Shown here one piece after another: positions 28,935-37,825 of a stretch of DNA of 64,000 bases (position 1 is the stretch's first letter; every line of letters starts with the position of its first letter). The notes beneath the pieces were generated by a model that was not told where the DNA came from, did not search any database, and worked only from the letters and a program-made list of their open reading frames with translations. The stretch lies in IMG/VR virus record IMGVR_UViG_3300036790_000218, positions 7,850-71,849 of that record; one strand, written 5' to 3'. Made by a program: the position numbers and the translations under genes. Source of the stretch: a virus.

Positions 28935-29113
28935 CGGCCGTTTCCTTCCTTTGCCGCGCGCCGCGCCTGCTCGCGCATCTCGTCGACCAGGTCCCGGGTC
29001 AGCGGCTGCCCCGACTTGCGCCAGTCGCGGACCAGCACGGCCAGGTTCCGGCGGTAGCGGCGCCACCGCCGCCACCGCTGCCAGAGGGTGAGGGGTTCGG
29101 CATGCGTGCCCAT
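28931..29113 (-). CDS. Small basic hypothetical protein
   Basis: First gene of the transfer operon, divergent from GntR. Confidence 0.4.
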   Translation of the reverse strand: MGTHAEPLTLWQRWRRWRRYRRNLAVLVRDWRKSGQPLTRDLVDEMREQARRAAKEGNGR

Positions 29114-29203
29114 GCGCCCCACCGTACGCCAGCACAAGCCACCGAGCCATACCGCGCTGGCTCTAGGATTACCGGGGTTATGTCAGTCACACTGTGGTGC
29201 GTG

Positions 29204-29428
29204 ATGGTTGACCACGGCGCACCAGAACCGCTCCACGCTCAGCTCACCGCGATCCTGCGCCAGCAGATCGCATCCGGCGAGCTGCCCTCGCACTCCCGGC
29301 TGCCGACGCTGAGCGAGCTGGCCGACCGGCACAAGATCGCCATCACCACCGTCCAGGACGCGCTGAAGCCGCTGAAGGCCGAGGGGCTGATCGTCACCTA
29401 CCCGGGGCGGGGCATGTTCGTGGCGTGA
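29204..29428 (+). CDS. GntR-family wHTH regulator (Kor/TraR-like) 1
   Basis: QIASGEL..RLPTLSELA...TVQDAL..LKAEGLI..PGRGMFV. Confidence 0.85.
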   Translation: MVDHGAPEPLHAQLTAILRQQIASGELPSHSRLPTLSELADRHKIAITTVQDALKPLKAEGLIVTYPGRGMFVA

Positions 29429-29510
29429 GCCGCGGCGGCGCCGGGACCAGCCCAGGGAGATTGTGTAAGACGCTGGGAACCGGTCCTGTGCGACGGCGCC
29501 GCCGCGGCGC

Positions 29511-29723
29511 TCAGGTAGCCGCCTCCGCAGCGGCCAGCAGGCCGTGCAGCTCGTCCAGCGTCCGCGCCTGGGTCGCCTTCCCGCGCGGATGCCCGTTCTC
29601 GTTCAGCCGGCGCGCGCAGTAGCCGAACCCCTCGAACCCGATCTCAACCCGCCACGCCTTGTGGTCGGCCTTGAACCGGCCCACGTTGTGGCCGTAGGTG
29701 GCCGGCCGGGCCTCGGCGGTCAC
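29511..29723 (-). CDS. Small hypothetical protein (start uncertain)
   Basis: WRVEI...ARTLDEL; divergent from GntR 2. Confidence 0.45.
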   Translation of the reverse strand: MTAEARPATYGHNVGRFKADHKAWRVEIGFEGFGYCARRLNENGHPRGKATQARTLDELHGLLAAAEAAT

Positions 29724-29950
29724 GGCCGGCCACCCAGAGCCATCGCCGCGATCGCCCACAGGACCAGAACCACGTAGCCGCCCACGATCCACGCCGCGGC
29801 CTTCAGGCCACGCCGCAACCACTTCCGCACGCGCCGCGATTTTGCAATTGCGTGAACGCTCATGAGGCATAGGCAACCATCAGAAGGGGTAAACAACCAC
29901 CCCTAGCCCTGGGTTGTCACCAGCAGGTAAGCCCGTTACTACCTTGGAAG

Positions 29951-30181
29951 ATGATCGACAAGGAGAGCGGCACGCCGCCATGGCAGCAGGTCGCTGCCAT
30001 CATCCGGCAGCGCGTCATCGACGGCACCTACCCGCCGGGCACCAAGATCCCCTCCGCGCTCGCGCTCTCCGGAGAGTTCGCCGTCAACCGGGCCACCATC
30101 ACCAAAGCGGTCAACCAGCTGAAGGCTGAGGGGGTGCTGACCGCGGTCGCCGGGTGGGGAACCTCGGTCGCCGGGAAATAG
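29951..30181 (+). CDS. GntR-family wHTH regulator 2
   Basis: WQQVA..IR...GTYPPGTKIPS..L..EF.VNR.TI.KA...LKAEG...GWGT.V. Confidence 0.85.
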   Translation: MIDKESGTPPWQQVAAIIRQRVIDGTYPPGTKIPSALALSGEFAVNRATITKAVNQLKAEGVLTAVAGWGTSVAGK

Positions 30182-30183
30182 AG

Positions 30184-30224
30184 GAGCCCCCGCGGGCAGA
30201 GCCTCGGCTACCCGCGAGGGCTTT
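30184..30224 (+). terminator. Hairpin terminator after GntR 2
   Basis: AGCCCCCGCGGG...CCCGCGAGGGCT followed by TT. Confidence 0.45.
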
Positions 30225-30550
30225 GGTCCTCGCCTTCATCAGTGGCGGGGGGGCAGGGTCCTGGTCACGGGCTCCAGGCGCCTGCTGGGCATCGGCCGGG
30301 CCGGCCAGCGTCCCTACCCTGAGCGGCCCCCCTAACGGGAAGACCCGGCCAGCCTACCGGGCGCTCCATGGACATCCGGAGCGATGGCTGCCGGTGTCAC
30401 CGATGCCGCCACAAGTGCAGCCGTCCAGCGGGATCGGTGTGGGCCGAGAACGGGCGATGCTGTTAATGCGCTGCGTGGTCTCCCGCATGCCTGCAAGCTC
30501 GGCGTCGAGCTGAGCTTGCCAGTCGGCGGGAAGTGCGATTTCAGGGCTCT

Positions 30551-30802
30551 TGGCTGGCACTGTGGCTGGCATCTCGCTTGATCCTTTCGGGCCATACGGC
30601 CTCTGACCTGGTGGGGCGCCCGGGGCTCGAACCCGGAACCCACGGATTAAAAGTCCGTCACACCGTTTTGTGCTTGTGTGCACTCGCGTTTACCGGCGTC
30701 CACTACGTGCAGCTTAACGGGTTCTGACAGTACCAGTCGTGTGCACTCGCGTCAACTAAGTGCACTCGCGTGTATTCCCTAGGCTGGCACGTTGGCTGGC
30801 AA
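30551..30802. promoter_or_regulatory. Integrase arm-type sites flanking the att core
   Basis: Paired GGCTGGCA direct repeats 12 bp apart at 30552/30564 and 30782/30794. Confidence 0.6.
30609..30658 (-). other. attP: attP core: 3' half of tRNA-Lys(UUU)
   Basis: Reverse strand ACGGA-CTTTTAA-TCCGT GGGTTCCGGGTTCGAGCCCCGG GCGCCCCACCA; no 5' half upstream; about 1 kb from the integrase. Confidence 0.85.
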
Positions 30803-30868
30803 ACTCACCAGCCCATCCGCGTGCACACGAGTGCGCGAAGTGTACTCGCGCGCGCTATGGTACTCGTC

Positions 30869-31147
30869 ATGCGGACCTACAAGCGGAAGCGGCTGAAGAC
30901 CAAGGGCCGGGGCCGGATGCTCGTGGCCGCGCAGCTGCGCGGGCAGGGCATGTCGTTGCGGCAGATCGCCGCCGAGACCGGCGTGAGCAAAGACACGGTG
31001 CTCCGTGACCTCCGCGAGTGGGACTCGCTGAACGCCAAAGTGTCTCAACTGCCTGTCTCAAAGATGCCCCGCGCCCCTGAAGGCCGGGGCGAAAACGAGA
31101 CAGCCGAATGCGACAGCAACGTCGTCCAGCTGAGGAGAAGGGCATGA
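30869..31147 (+). CDS. Small HTH DNA-binding protein
   Basis: GMSLRQIAAETGVSKDTVLRDL. Confidence 0.7.
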   Translation: MRTYKRKRLKTKGRGRMLVAAQLRGQGMSLRQIAAETGVSKDTVLRDLREWDSLNAKVSQLPVSKMPRAPEGRGENETAECDSNVVQLRRRA

Positions 31148-31641
31148 TTCAAAGGAGTCTGTGGCTGAGGACTCAGCTCGCCGAAACGGGCGAGCAGATC
31201 GTCGCCAACAGCGCGACGACAAGAGAAGCGGCCGAGGATCTCGCAGACAAGATCAACGCCAACGAGCCGGCCACCGCACAGGCTGTCCTCATCCACTGGC
31301 TTACCGGCCAGCTGAAGGTCTGGACCTACAAGCGCGTGCGTGACCACTTCCAGGAGGACGAGATCCCCGGCCAGGCGACGCTGCCTTGTCCCGAACTGCC
31401 GCCGCACCTGGAAATTGGCATCGCGCGGACGGCTCATCAGAACGTCATGACCGCCAGGGACTGGGACAACGCGCTAGCCATCTACCGGAACCGACGCGAT
31501 CAAGCCGAAGTCAGTTTCCAGGCGGTCGAGCGGCGCTACAACCAGATCCGGCCGCTGCTGATCGATGACACGCTGACCACTGCTGACGTCATCGACAGGC
31601 TTCCGCCCGAGTCTCCGCAGGATGAGGCAGCCGACGGTTAG
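31144..31641 (+). CDS. Hypothetical protein
   Basis: ATGA-coupled to the HTH gene; convergent with int. Confidence 0.55.
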   Translation: MIQRSLWLRTQLAETGEQIVANSATTREAAEDLADKINANEPATAQAVLIHWLTGQLKVWTYKRVRDHFQEDEIPGQATLPCPELPPHLEIGIARTAHQNVMTARDWDNALAIYRNRRDQAEVSFQAVERRYNQIRPLLIDDTLTTADVIDRLPPESPQDEAADG

Positions 31642-32825
31642 CCGCCGAACACCCGGTCGATCACCTCGGCCACCTGCCGGTGCACCAGCGGCCTGACATG
31701 CTTGTAAACCTTCGCCATCTCCGCCGTCGACCAGCCCATCATCGCCTGCACCACCCGCGGATCCACGCCTTCCTCCATCAGCGTCGTCGCGTAGACGTGG
31801 CGGCAGGCATGCACTTTGTACCCCGGCAGGCCGAGATCGGCCAGCAGATCCTGCCAGTCCTGCCAGTCCCGGCGCGGGTGCACCGGCCGGCCGAGGGCAT
31901 CAGTGAACACAAGATCATTAGCAATATTTGTAATCTGCGTCTTGCGGTGCCGGATCAGCGCGGCCACGGCCAGTGCGCCCAGCGGCACGCTGCGCCGCGA
32001 CTCGGCCGACTTCGGGTCCTTGACGATCCGCTGCGTCGTCCGCTTCCGGCCGACATGCACGGGCCCGTCGTCGGTGCCGCCCGGTATCAGGGCCGCGCTC
32101 TTGTGCACCTCGAGGTGCGCGGGCGGCCGGACGTGAATGTCACGCTTCCATTCCAGGGCCAGGCGCTCACCCTGGCGGATACCGGTCGTTATCGCCAGCG
32201 TCCACGTGGCGCCGCCCGGCCACGTCTCGCACCGGGCCAGGACCGCCTTGACGTCCTCGCGCGGCGGCAGCTGCGGCGCCTCGCGCCTCGCGGACGGGGG
32301 CGAGACGTTCGCGGCCGGGTTGCGGCCGATCCGCTTGCGGGCCACCGCCAGCTTCAGCGCCCGGCTCATGATCCGGTGGCACTGGCCGATCGTCGAGGCC
32401 GACAGCGGCCGGCCGGTCCGCTCGCTGACCCGCGCCTCCAGCTCGGCATGCCAGTCCTCGATCATCTCCTCGTCCAGCTCGGCGAGCGGCACGTGCTCGA
32501 AGTAGGGCGCGGTCAGTTCCTCGATCTTCTGCCGGTAGGACTTGTGCCAGGTGGTGGCTTCTACCTCGCGCCTGGCGGGGCCGTGCAGCCAGTGCAGCAG
32601 CCAGTCGGCCACGGTCGGCGGCCGGCCGCGCGGCAGCGTGAACCCGTCGCGGCGCCGGTCCAGGAACCGCTGCCGCTTATCCATCGCCGCCTTCGCGGTC
32701 GGGCCGGTGAACTCCCGGCGGTCACGCCGCCCGCCCCGGTAACCGAGATCGGCGACGGCCACCCACTGACCGCGGTCCTTGCGGTGGTAGACCGATCCCT
32801 CCCCCTGCTGCCGCCGTCCTGACAC
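31638..32825 (-). CDS. int: Tyrosine integrase
   Basis: TGIRQGE (R), PKS (K), HACRH (HxxR), MGWS, VYKH (Y); N-terminal GEGSVY arm-binding domain. Confidence 0.95.
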   Translation of the reverse strand: MSGRRQQGEGSVYHRKDRGQWVAVADLGYRGGRRDRREFTGPTAKAAMDKRQRFLDRRRDGFTLPRGRPPTVADWLLHWLHGPARREVEATTWHKSYRQKIEELTAPYFEHVPLAELDEEMIEDWHAELEARVSERTGRPLSASTIGQCHRIMSRALKLAVARKRIGRNPAANVSPPSARREAPQLPPREDVKAVLARCETWPGGATWTLAITTGIRQGERLALEWKRDIHVRPPAHLEVHKSAALIPGGTDDGPVHVGRKRTTQRIVKDPKSAESRRSVPLGALAVAALIRHRKTQITNIANDLVFTDALGRPVHPRRDWQDWQDLLADLGLPGYKVHACRHVYATTLMEEGVDPRVVQAMMGWSTAEMAKVYKHVRPLVHRQVAEVIDRVFGG

Positions 32826-33039
32826 GGGCCCTCATCCTCTCCCAGAGCCGGCCGAGCTCGAACGCTATTAATACTGGCGCGATTGCCCATTTGAGGTAAG
32901 CCCCGCAGGCTGCGACCGCAGCGAGGGCTATGCCCAGGTCCATCAGTTCTCCCCCTCCTTGTCGGAAACCCGGCATGGGATAGACGACGAGACGGGATTC
33001 CCGGTTTACCTCATCTTGCACATCGCTGAACGCAAGGTG

Positions 33040-33426
33040 CTATTCGTCACTGTTGTCACGGCGGAATCGTTCTTCCAGCCGGTCTTTCTGGCGGCCTGAC
33101 AGGCGCGGGTCGCCGATGCGGGTCAGGTACGCGGCGACGTCGGCCCGGTCGCGCTCGCTCAGCTCGCCGGGGGTGATGTTCAGGAAGCGGGCGATCATGG
33201 CCACGATCCGGGTCGTGCCTTTCCTGTAGATCTCGATGCCGGGCGCGACTTTCTTGCGGGCGGTCTCGACCTCGGTCCAGGCGCTGGGGGAGATCCCGGC
33301 GCCGATGGCGGCCTGGCGCACGGACAGGAAGCGTGCCTCGCGGCGGGTCCTGATGAGTTCGGCCTCTGGTGGCGGCGGCGGGAGTGTCGTCACGGCAGGC
33401 TCCAGGTTGGGTGCGCTGATGTTCAC
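33040..33426 (-). CDS. XRE-family immunity repressor
   Basis: RTRREARFLSVRQAAIGAGISPSAWTEVET; divergent from xis. Confidence 0.75.
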   Translation of the reverse strand: MNISAPNLEPAVTTLPPPPPEAELIRTRREARFLSVRQAAIGAGISPSAWTEVETARKKVAPGIEIYRKGTTRIVAMIARFLNITPGELSERDRADVAAYLTRIGDPRLSGRQKDRLEERFRRDNSDE

Positions 33427-33439
33427 ACGTTAACACGCT

Positions 33440-33526
33440 GTGCACACGCGTCCATAGGGAAGTTTCCTGCGGCGAGTCGCGCCATCCGGGTAGACACGCG
33501 TGCACGCGAGTGCGTAAAGTGCACGC
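33440..33526. promoter_or_regulatory. Divergent repressor/xis control region with GTGCAC-N-CG-N-GT repeats
   Basis: GTGCACACGCGT 33440, GTAGACACGCGT 33490, GTGCACGCGAGT 33500. Confidence 0.55.
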
Positions 33527-33763
33527 ATGACCGAAGCACAGACCGCACCACAAGCACTTGTGTGCACCATCCCCGAGACCGCTGAGCAGCTCCGCATATC
33601 ACGGAGCCAGGTCTACAACCTGATCCGCTCCGGGGCCCTCGCGTGCGTGCGCTACCCCACCAAGGACGGCGACGAAGACGGCGCCATCCGCATCGAGCAG
33701 GCCGAGATCCGGGCGTTCATCGAGCGCAACCGCGTCAACGGCACCGCACCCGCCGCCCCGTAA
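33527..33763 (+). CDS. xis: Excisionase/Cro-like HTH_17 protein
   Basis: TIPETAEQLRISRSQVYNLIRSGAL...IRI. Confidence 0.75.
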   Translation: MTEAQTAPQALVCTIPETAEQLRISRSQVYNLIRSGALACVRYPTKDGDEDGAIRIEQAEIRAFIERNRVNGTAPAAP

Positions 33764-33841
33764 CAGCCGGACGGCGCCCTCCTTGCACGAGGACGCCGCC
33801 CGCGAGACCTGACCGACCCGAGTTTACCTAGGAGAGACCTG

Positions 33842-34912
33842 ATGACACCGGACAAGCCAGACGACGGCAAGCGGAGCTATGTCGCCCTCGACGGCAAGGA
33901 CTTCGGCCGCAAGATCGCCACGCACCCGCATGAGGGCTTCGCGGTGGTCGACCTGGCCGCCGACATGAAGCTGTGGATCCGGCACCCGGAGCGGGCCCGC
34001 GAGTTGCTGCGTGCGGCGTTCGCCGCGGTGCAGATCCTGGACCCGGACGGCGCTACCGACTCGCTGATCAACGACCTGCTGTCGGATGAGGCGCTGGCGA
34101 AGATCCTGGCCGGCGCGCACCCGGACGGCGAGTGCGGGCAGGCCGAGCCCAAGACTCCGGTGACGCATTACGCGAACCCGTCCACGGGGCTGGTCGGCGA
34201 CATCGCGCGCCGGATTCCGTGCGGCACGACGCACTGGGCGATCGTGTCTGACAACCCTCGCCAGGTCACCTGTCAGGGCTGTCTGCGGAAGCTGGCCGCC
34301 GAGCCGCACGCCTGCTACTGGTGCGGCCACCAGGGCACCGGGATGCAGCCTTGCCCGCCCGGTCCTGGTTATGACGGCAAGTTCGAGTGCGCGGACGCGG
34401 ACGTGTGCCGTCGCCGCTGCGTTGACAACCCGGAGGGCGTCCCCCCTGGCGAGCCTGCGGCGTTGGTGACGGCGCGCGAGCACATCGCCGCCGCCGAGGC
34501 TGAGGGCCTGGCGGGCCTGGCTCCGCGCGCCTCGACGGCAGGATTGCCGCACTGCGGGGCGACGGATGCCGTCGTCGGGCTCTGCACCGCTGTTCTAGGT
34601 CACACCGGCAACCACGTGGTGTACGGCTCGCATGGCGACGTCTACGGCACCTGGCCGCAGCCCGGGGACGACAAGACGGCGTGCCCGGAGTGCGGCGCCG
34701 CGGGCTTGCCGCGCCGGGATGACGGGACGTGCTGGAACCGGGACGGCTGCAAGGACCGGCAGGCCGCGCAGTCGGCCACGTGCGCGCGGTGCGGCGATGA
34801 CGAGTCGCTGGAGCTGCACCTGAACCCGGGTGGCGGCAGCGGTGAGATGCGCTGCACGAACTCGGGTGCGTGCGGTCGGCGCGTCCAGGCCGCGAAGGCG
34901 AGCGCCCGGTGA
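33842..34912 (+). CDS. Multi-Zn-finger hypothetical protein
   Basis: Repeated CxxC...C...C modules. Confidence 0.55.
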   Translation: MTPDKPDDGKRSYVALDGKDFGRKIATHPHEGFAVVDLAADMKLWIRHPERARELLRAAFAAVQILDPDGATDSLINDLLSDEALAKILAGAHPDGECGQAEPKTPVTHYANPSTGLVGDIARRIPCGTTHWAIVSDNPRQVTCQGCLRKLAAEPHACYWCGHQGTGMQPCPPGPGYDGKFECADADVCRRRCVDNPEGVPPGEPAALVTAREHIAAAEAEGLAGLAPRASTAGLPHCGATDAVVGLCTAVLGHTGNHVVYGSHGDVYGTWPQPGDDKTACPECGAAGLPRRDDGTCWNRDGCKDRQAAQSATCARCGDDESLELHLNPGGGSGEMRCTNSGACGRRVQAAKASAR

Positions 34913-35115
34913 AGCGCGGCCCGGTCGAACACGACGAGCTGCTCACCCCCGGCGACGTGGCACGCATGTTCCGCGTCGACATCAAGACGGTGGCCCGCTG
35001 GGACAAGGCAGGCAAGTTCCCGCCCGGGTCGGTGATCCGCACCGTGGGCGGTGTCCGCCGGTTCAGGGCGGATGTGGTGCGCGAGCTGCTCGCAGGCGGT
35101 GAGCCCCGTGGCTGA
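34909..35115 (+). CDS. BldC-family (MerR-like) DNA-binding protein
   Basis: LLTPGDVARMFRVDIKTVARWDKAGK...IRTVGGVRRFR closely matches the BldC pattern. Confidence 0.75.
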   Translation: MKRGPVEHDELLTPGDVARMFRVDIKTVARWDKAGKFPPGSVIRTVGGVRRFRADVVRELLAGGEPRG

Positions 35116-35386
35116 CCACAACCACTACGCCTACGAGGTGTACGACGCCGCGACCAGCGGCGACCTGCGCAACGCCGTCTCGCTGGCCGAGGGTGTGCGG
35201 TTCGACCTCGGCCAGGCCGAGGAGCGCATCCGCGAACTGGAGTCGGAGACGGCGCAGCTTCGCCGCGAGCTGGACGAGGTGCGTGAGCGCCTCGCCGAGC
35301 GGGTGTCGACGGTGCAGTCGGTGCTGGCGAAGTACCTGGCGGATGCCGGGCAGCCGGTGTCGGCCGAGTCGGTGAGGCAGGCATGA
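35108..35386 (+). CDS. Coiled-coil hypothetical protein
   Basis: Coupled early-operon ORF. Confidence 0.5.
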   Translation: MADHNHYAYEVYDAATSGDLRNAVSLAEGVRFDLGQAEERIRELESETAQLRRELDEVRERLAERVSTVQSVLAKYLADAGQPVSAESVRQA

Positions 35387-35676
35387 GCGTCCACGACTAC
35401 CACGAAGGGCTGCCCGGCTACCACCCTGACCAGCTGCTGCACGACGGCTGCGCGGAGTGTGAAGCGCGCGGCAAGGACGTCGCCACGGCGATCGGCCACC
35501 TTGACCGGACCAACTTCATCCGCGCATGGGCGCGGGCCGCCGACTGGAACAAGGGGCGCCTGAACGATTCCGCCGTCTCCAAGGCTGAGGCCCCGCTGCT
35601 GCGGGTGCTGTGGGCGCTGGAGATCAAGTTCGAGCCGCGCGGCATCGCGGTCGGCTCATGCCCGACGGGGTTCTGA
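35383..35676 (+). CDS. Hypothetical protein
   Basis: HDYH...HDGCAEC. Confidence 0.5.
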   Translation: MSVHDYHEGLPGYHPDQLLHDGCAECEARGKDVATAIGHLDRTNFIRAWARAADWNKGRLNDSAVSKAEAPLLRVLWALEIKFEPRGIAVGSCPTGF

Positions 35677-35809
35677 CCATGACCGAAAACGACTTCCTGT
35701 CCCTGGCCGCATTCCTGGCCGCGCAGCTAGTGACCGTGCGCCTGGTCCTCAAGCACCGGGCGGCGCAGAAGGCGGCGGACCGCAAAGCCGCGAAGGAGGC
35801 CAGCCAGCC

Positions 35810-36265
35810 ATGACCGGCAAAGGCCCGCTCAACTACACGACCACCGTCGACCCGCAGAAGACCATGTCCGAGTGCATCACGATCCTGGCCCGCTACGGCG
35901 CCACCGCAATCGCGATGACCTACGACAACGGCATGCCCGGCGGCCTGCACTTCCAGGTCAACACCGCGTTCGGCCGCCGCAACTACGCCCTGCCCGCAAA
36001 CGTCGCCGGTACCCATGAGGTGCTGATGAAGGCGTGGAGGGCCGGGAAGATCCCGCCGAGCAAGGCAACGCTGGAACAGGCGCAGCGAACCAGCTGGCGC
36101 GTGATCAAAATGTGGCTGGAAGCGCAGCTCGCACTGATCGAAGCGGGGCTGGTTGACCTGCCGCAGGTGATGCTCCCGTTCATGATCGACGACGAAGGGC
36201 GCACCGTCTACCAGCGGTTCCTGGAGAACGAGCAGCTCGCGCTGACCGCTGGCGGTGCGTCATGA
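35810..36265 (+). CDS. Conserved phage hypothetical protein
   Basis: NYTT...QAQRTSWRVIKMWLEAQLALIE...QVMLPF. Confidence 0.6.
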   Translation: MTGKGPLNYTTTVDPQKTMSECITILARYGATAIAMTYDNGMPGGLHFQVNTAFGRRNYALPANVAGTHEVLMKAWRAGKIPPSKATLEQAQRTSWRVIKMWLEAQLALIEAGLVDLPQVMLPFMIDDEGRTVYQRFLENEQLALTAGGAS

Positions 36266-36855
36266 ACCACACGTTGCTCGGTCTGGGCGTGATCGTCGTC
36301 GCGTTCGCCGCCGTCGGCGCCGCCGCCTGGCACATCGCCGGGACCATCCTCCGTCACACCGGGCAGCGCGCCGCCCCCCGCCACGACCACAGCATCCTGC
36401 CCGTCACCCCCGCCGATGTGGCCGGCCAGATCCTGTTCCTCGGCGGAGACCACACCAAGCCGGGCGTGGTGCTGCCGCGGACGCCGCGCGCGGCGGCCCG
36501 GGTTGTGCCGGACCAGCTGCCGCCGCTGCCCGCCCACAAGCCCCCCGCCCCGGTCTGCGCAGGACCGCCGAGGCCCACATCCGCAACCGGCGTCCAGCTT
36601 CACGGGGACGCGCGCAGCGATAACCGGGCTGACGCGGTTAACCAGGCCGGGGCGGGGCCTGACTTTGCCAGTGGCAACGGCCACCACGAAAGCCTCGCCG
36701 AGAGGTACGAGCGGCTGTTTCCCGACCGGCGGCCCGAGTGGGTGAAGGTCATCCAGCCGTACCCGGACAACGCGATGGCCGTCGAGTCGATGTTCACCCG
36801 GGCGCAGGCCGCCACCGTCCGCGCCATGACCGGCGGGGAGGCGACCGGTGCCTGA
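36262..36855 (+). CDS. Membrane-anchored hypothetical protein
   Basis: N-terminal TM; coupled ORF. Confidence 0.5.
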   Translation: MNHTLLGLGVIVVAFAAVGAAAWHIAGTILRHTGQRAAPRHDHSILPVTPADVAGQILFLGGDHTKPGVVLPRTPRAAARVVPDQLPPLPAHKPPAPVCAGPPRPTSATGVQLHGDARSDNRADAVNQAGAGPDFASGNGHHESLAERYERLFPDRRPEWVKVIQPYPDNAMAVESMFTRAQAATVRAMTGGEATGA

Positions 36856-37825
36856 CATGCGGTACATGATCCCGCTCGACCAGCGTCGCCGCCTCGCCGA
36901 ACTCTACGGCGACAACCCCCGCGACAGCGACGTGCAGCCCGATCCGTACACCGACGCGCTCGCCGCCCAGCACGACCAGGAGTACAAGCCCGAGCTTGCG
37001 CCACCCACACGCTGCGACGAGTGCACCTACCGGCTCGACAGCATCGGCCACCAGGTGCAGTGCGGAGGCGTCTCGTGACCGAACGGCACTCCGCCAGCGG
37101 CCTGACCGGCCGCCCCGTCGAACAGAACTCGGCCGAAGCCAAACGCCGCGAACGAGCCGGGATCCGCGGCCGCCCAGGCGTGACCGCGCTCATCTGGCGC
37201 GAACCGCCCGCCAACGGCCTGCCGTTCAAGCCCTACGTGTACCGGGGCCTCGGCTACGACCAGCTCACCGGGGAGGTGGTCTTGTGACCGTTCAGAACCG
37301 GTCAACGAGCCGCGCCGGCAACGGCCGCCCCGTCAGCGGCCGCTACGTCTACCACGGCAACCAGCCCTGGAACGGCCCCGAACCCGCCGACCCGGCCACG
37401 CGCGCCCGGCCGCGTTGCGCCGGCTGCAGAAGCCGGTTCGCCAGCCCGGCGGACGGGCTGTGCTCCGGATGCCGCGACCTGGCCGAACGAGAACAGGCCG
37501 CAGCGCAGCGGCTGGCTGGTGAGAAGCCGTGACCGAGTCCGTGTTCGCCGCCTGCATCCTCATCGCCGCCGCCGTCGGCTGGACCACCTGCTACCTGCAG
37601 CGCGCCAGCCGCGTCAACCGCACCCCGCCCGTCCCCGCCGAGCACGTCACCGCCCAGCCCAGCCCGTGGGAGAAGTGCGGATGCAAAGTCCTGCGCGACT
37701 CCGACGGCCACCTCGCCCTCCGCCAATGCCACAAGCACTGGCTGGCCACGGCCGAACTGGACGCGGCCAGGCGGGATGACTGGCGGGCGTGGGCACGGGA
37801 GATCAAGAAAGGACACCACCGTTGA
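36848..37825 (+). other. Run of four small coupled early ORFs (36848-37078, 37075-37287, 37284-37532, 37529-37825)
   Basis: GTGA stop/start overlaps; several Cys/His clusters. Confidence 0.45.

Noticed and set aside
30609-30658. Complete tRNA-Lys gene
   Set aside because: Only the anticodon arm to CCA is present; no D-arm or 5' acceptor strand, so it is an att core
24904-32825. Independent AICE inserted in the phage
   Set aside because: No separate replication gene or flanking att pair; the single int and attP are continuous with the phage repressor and early operon. Not fully excluded without read data
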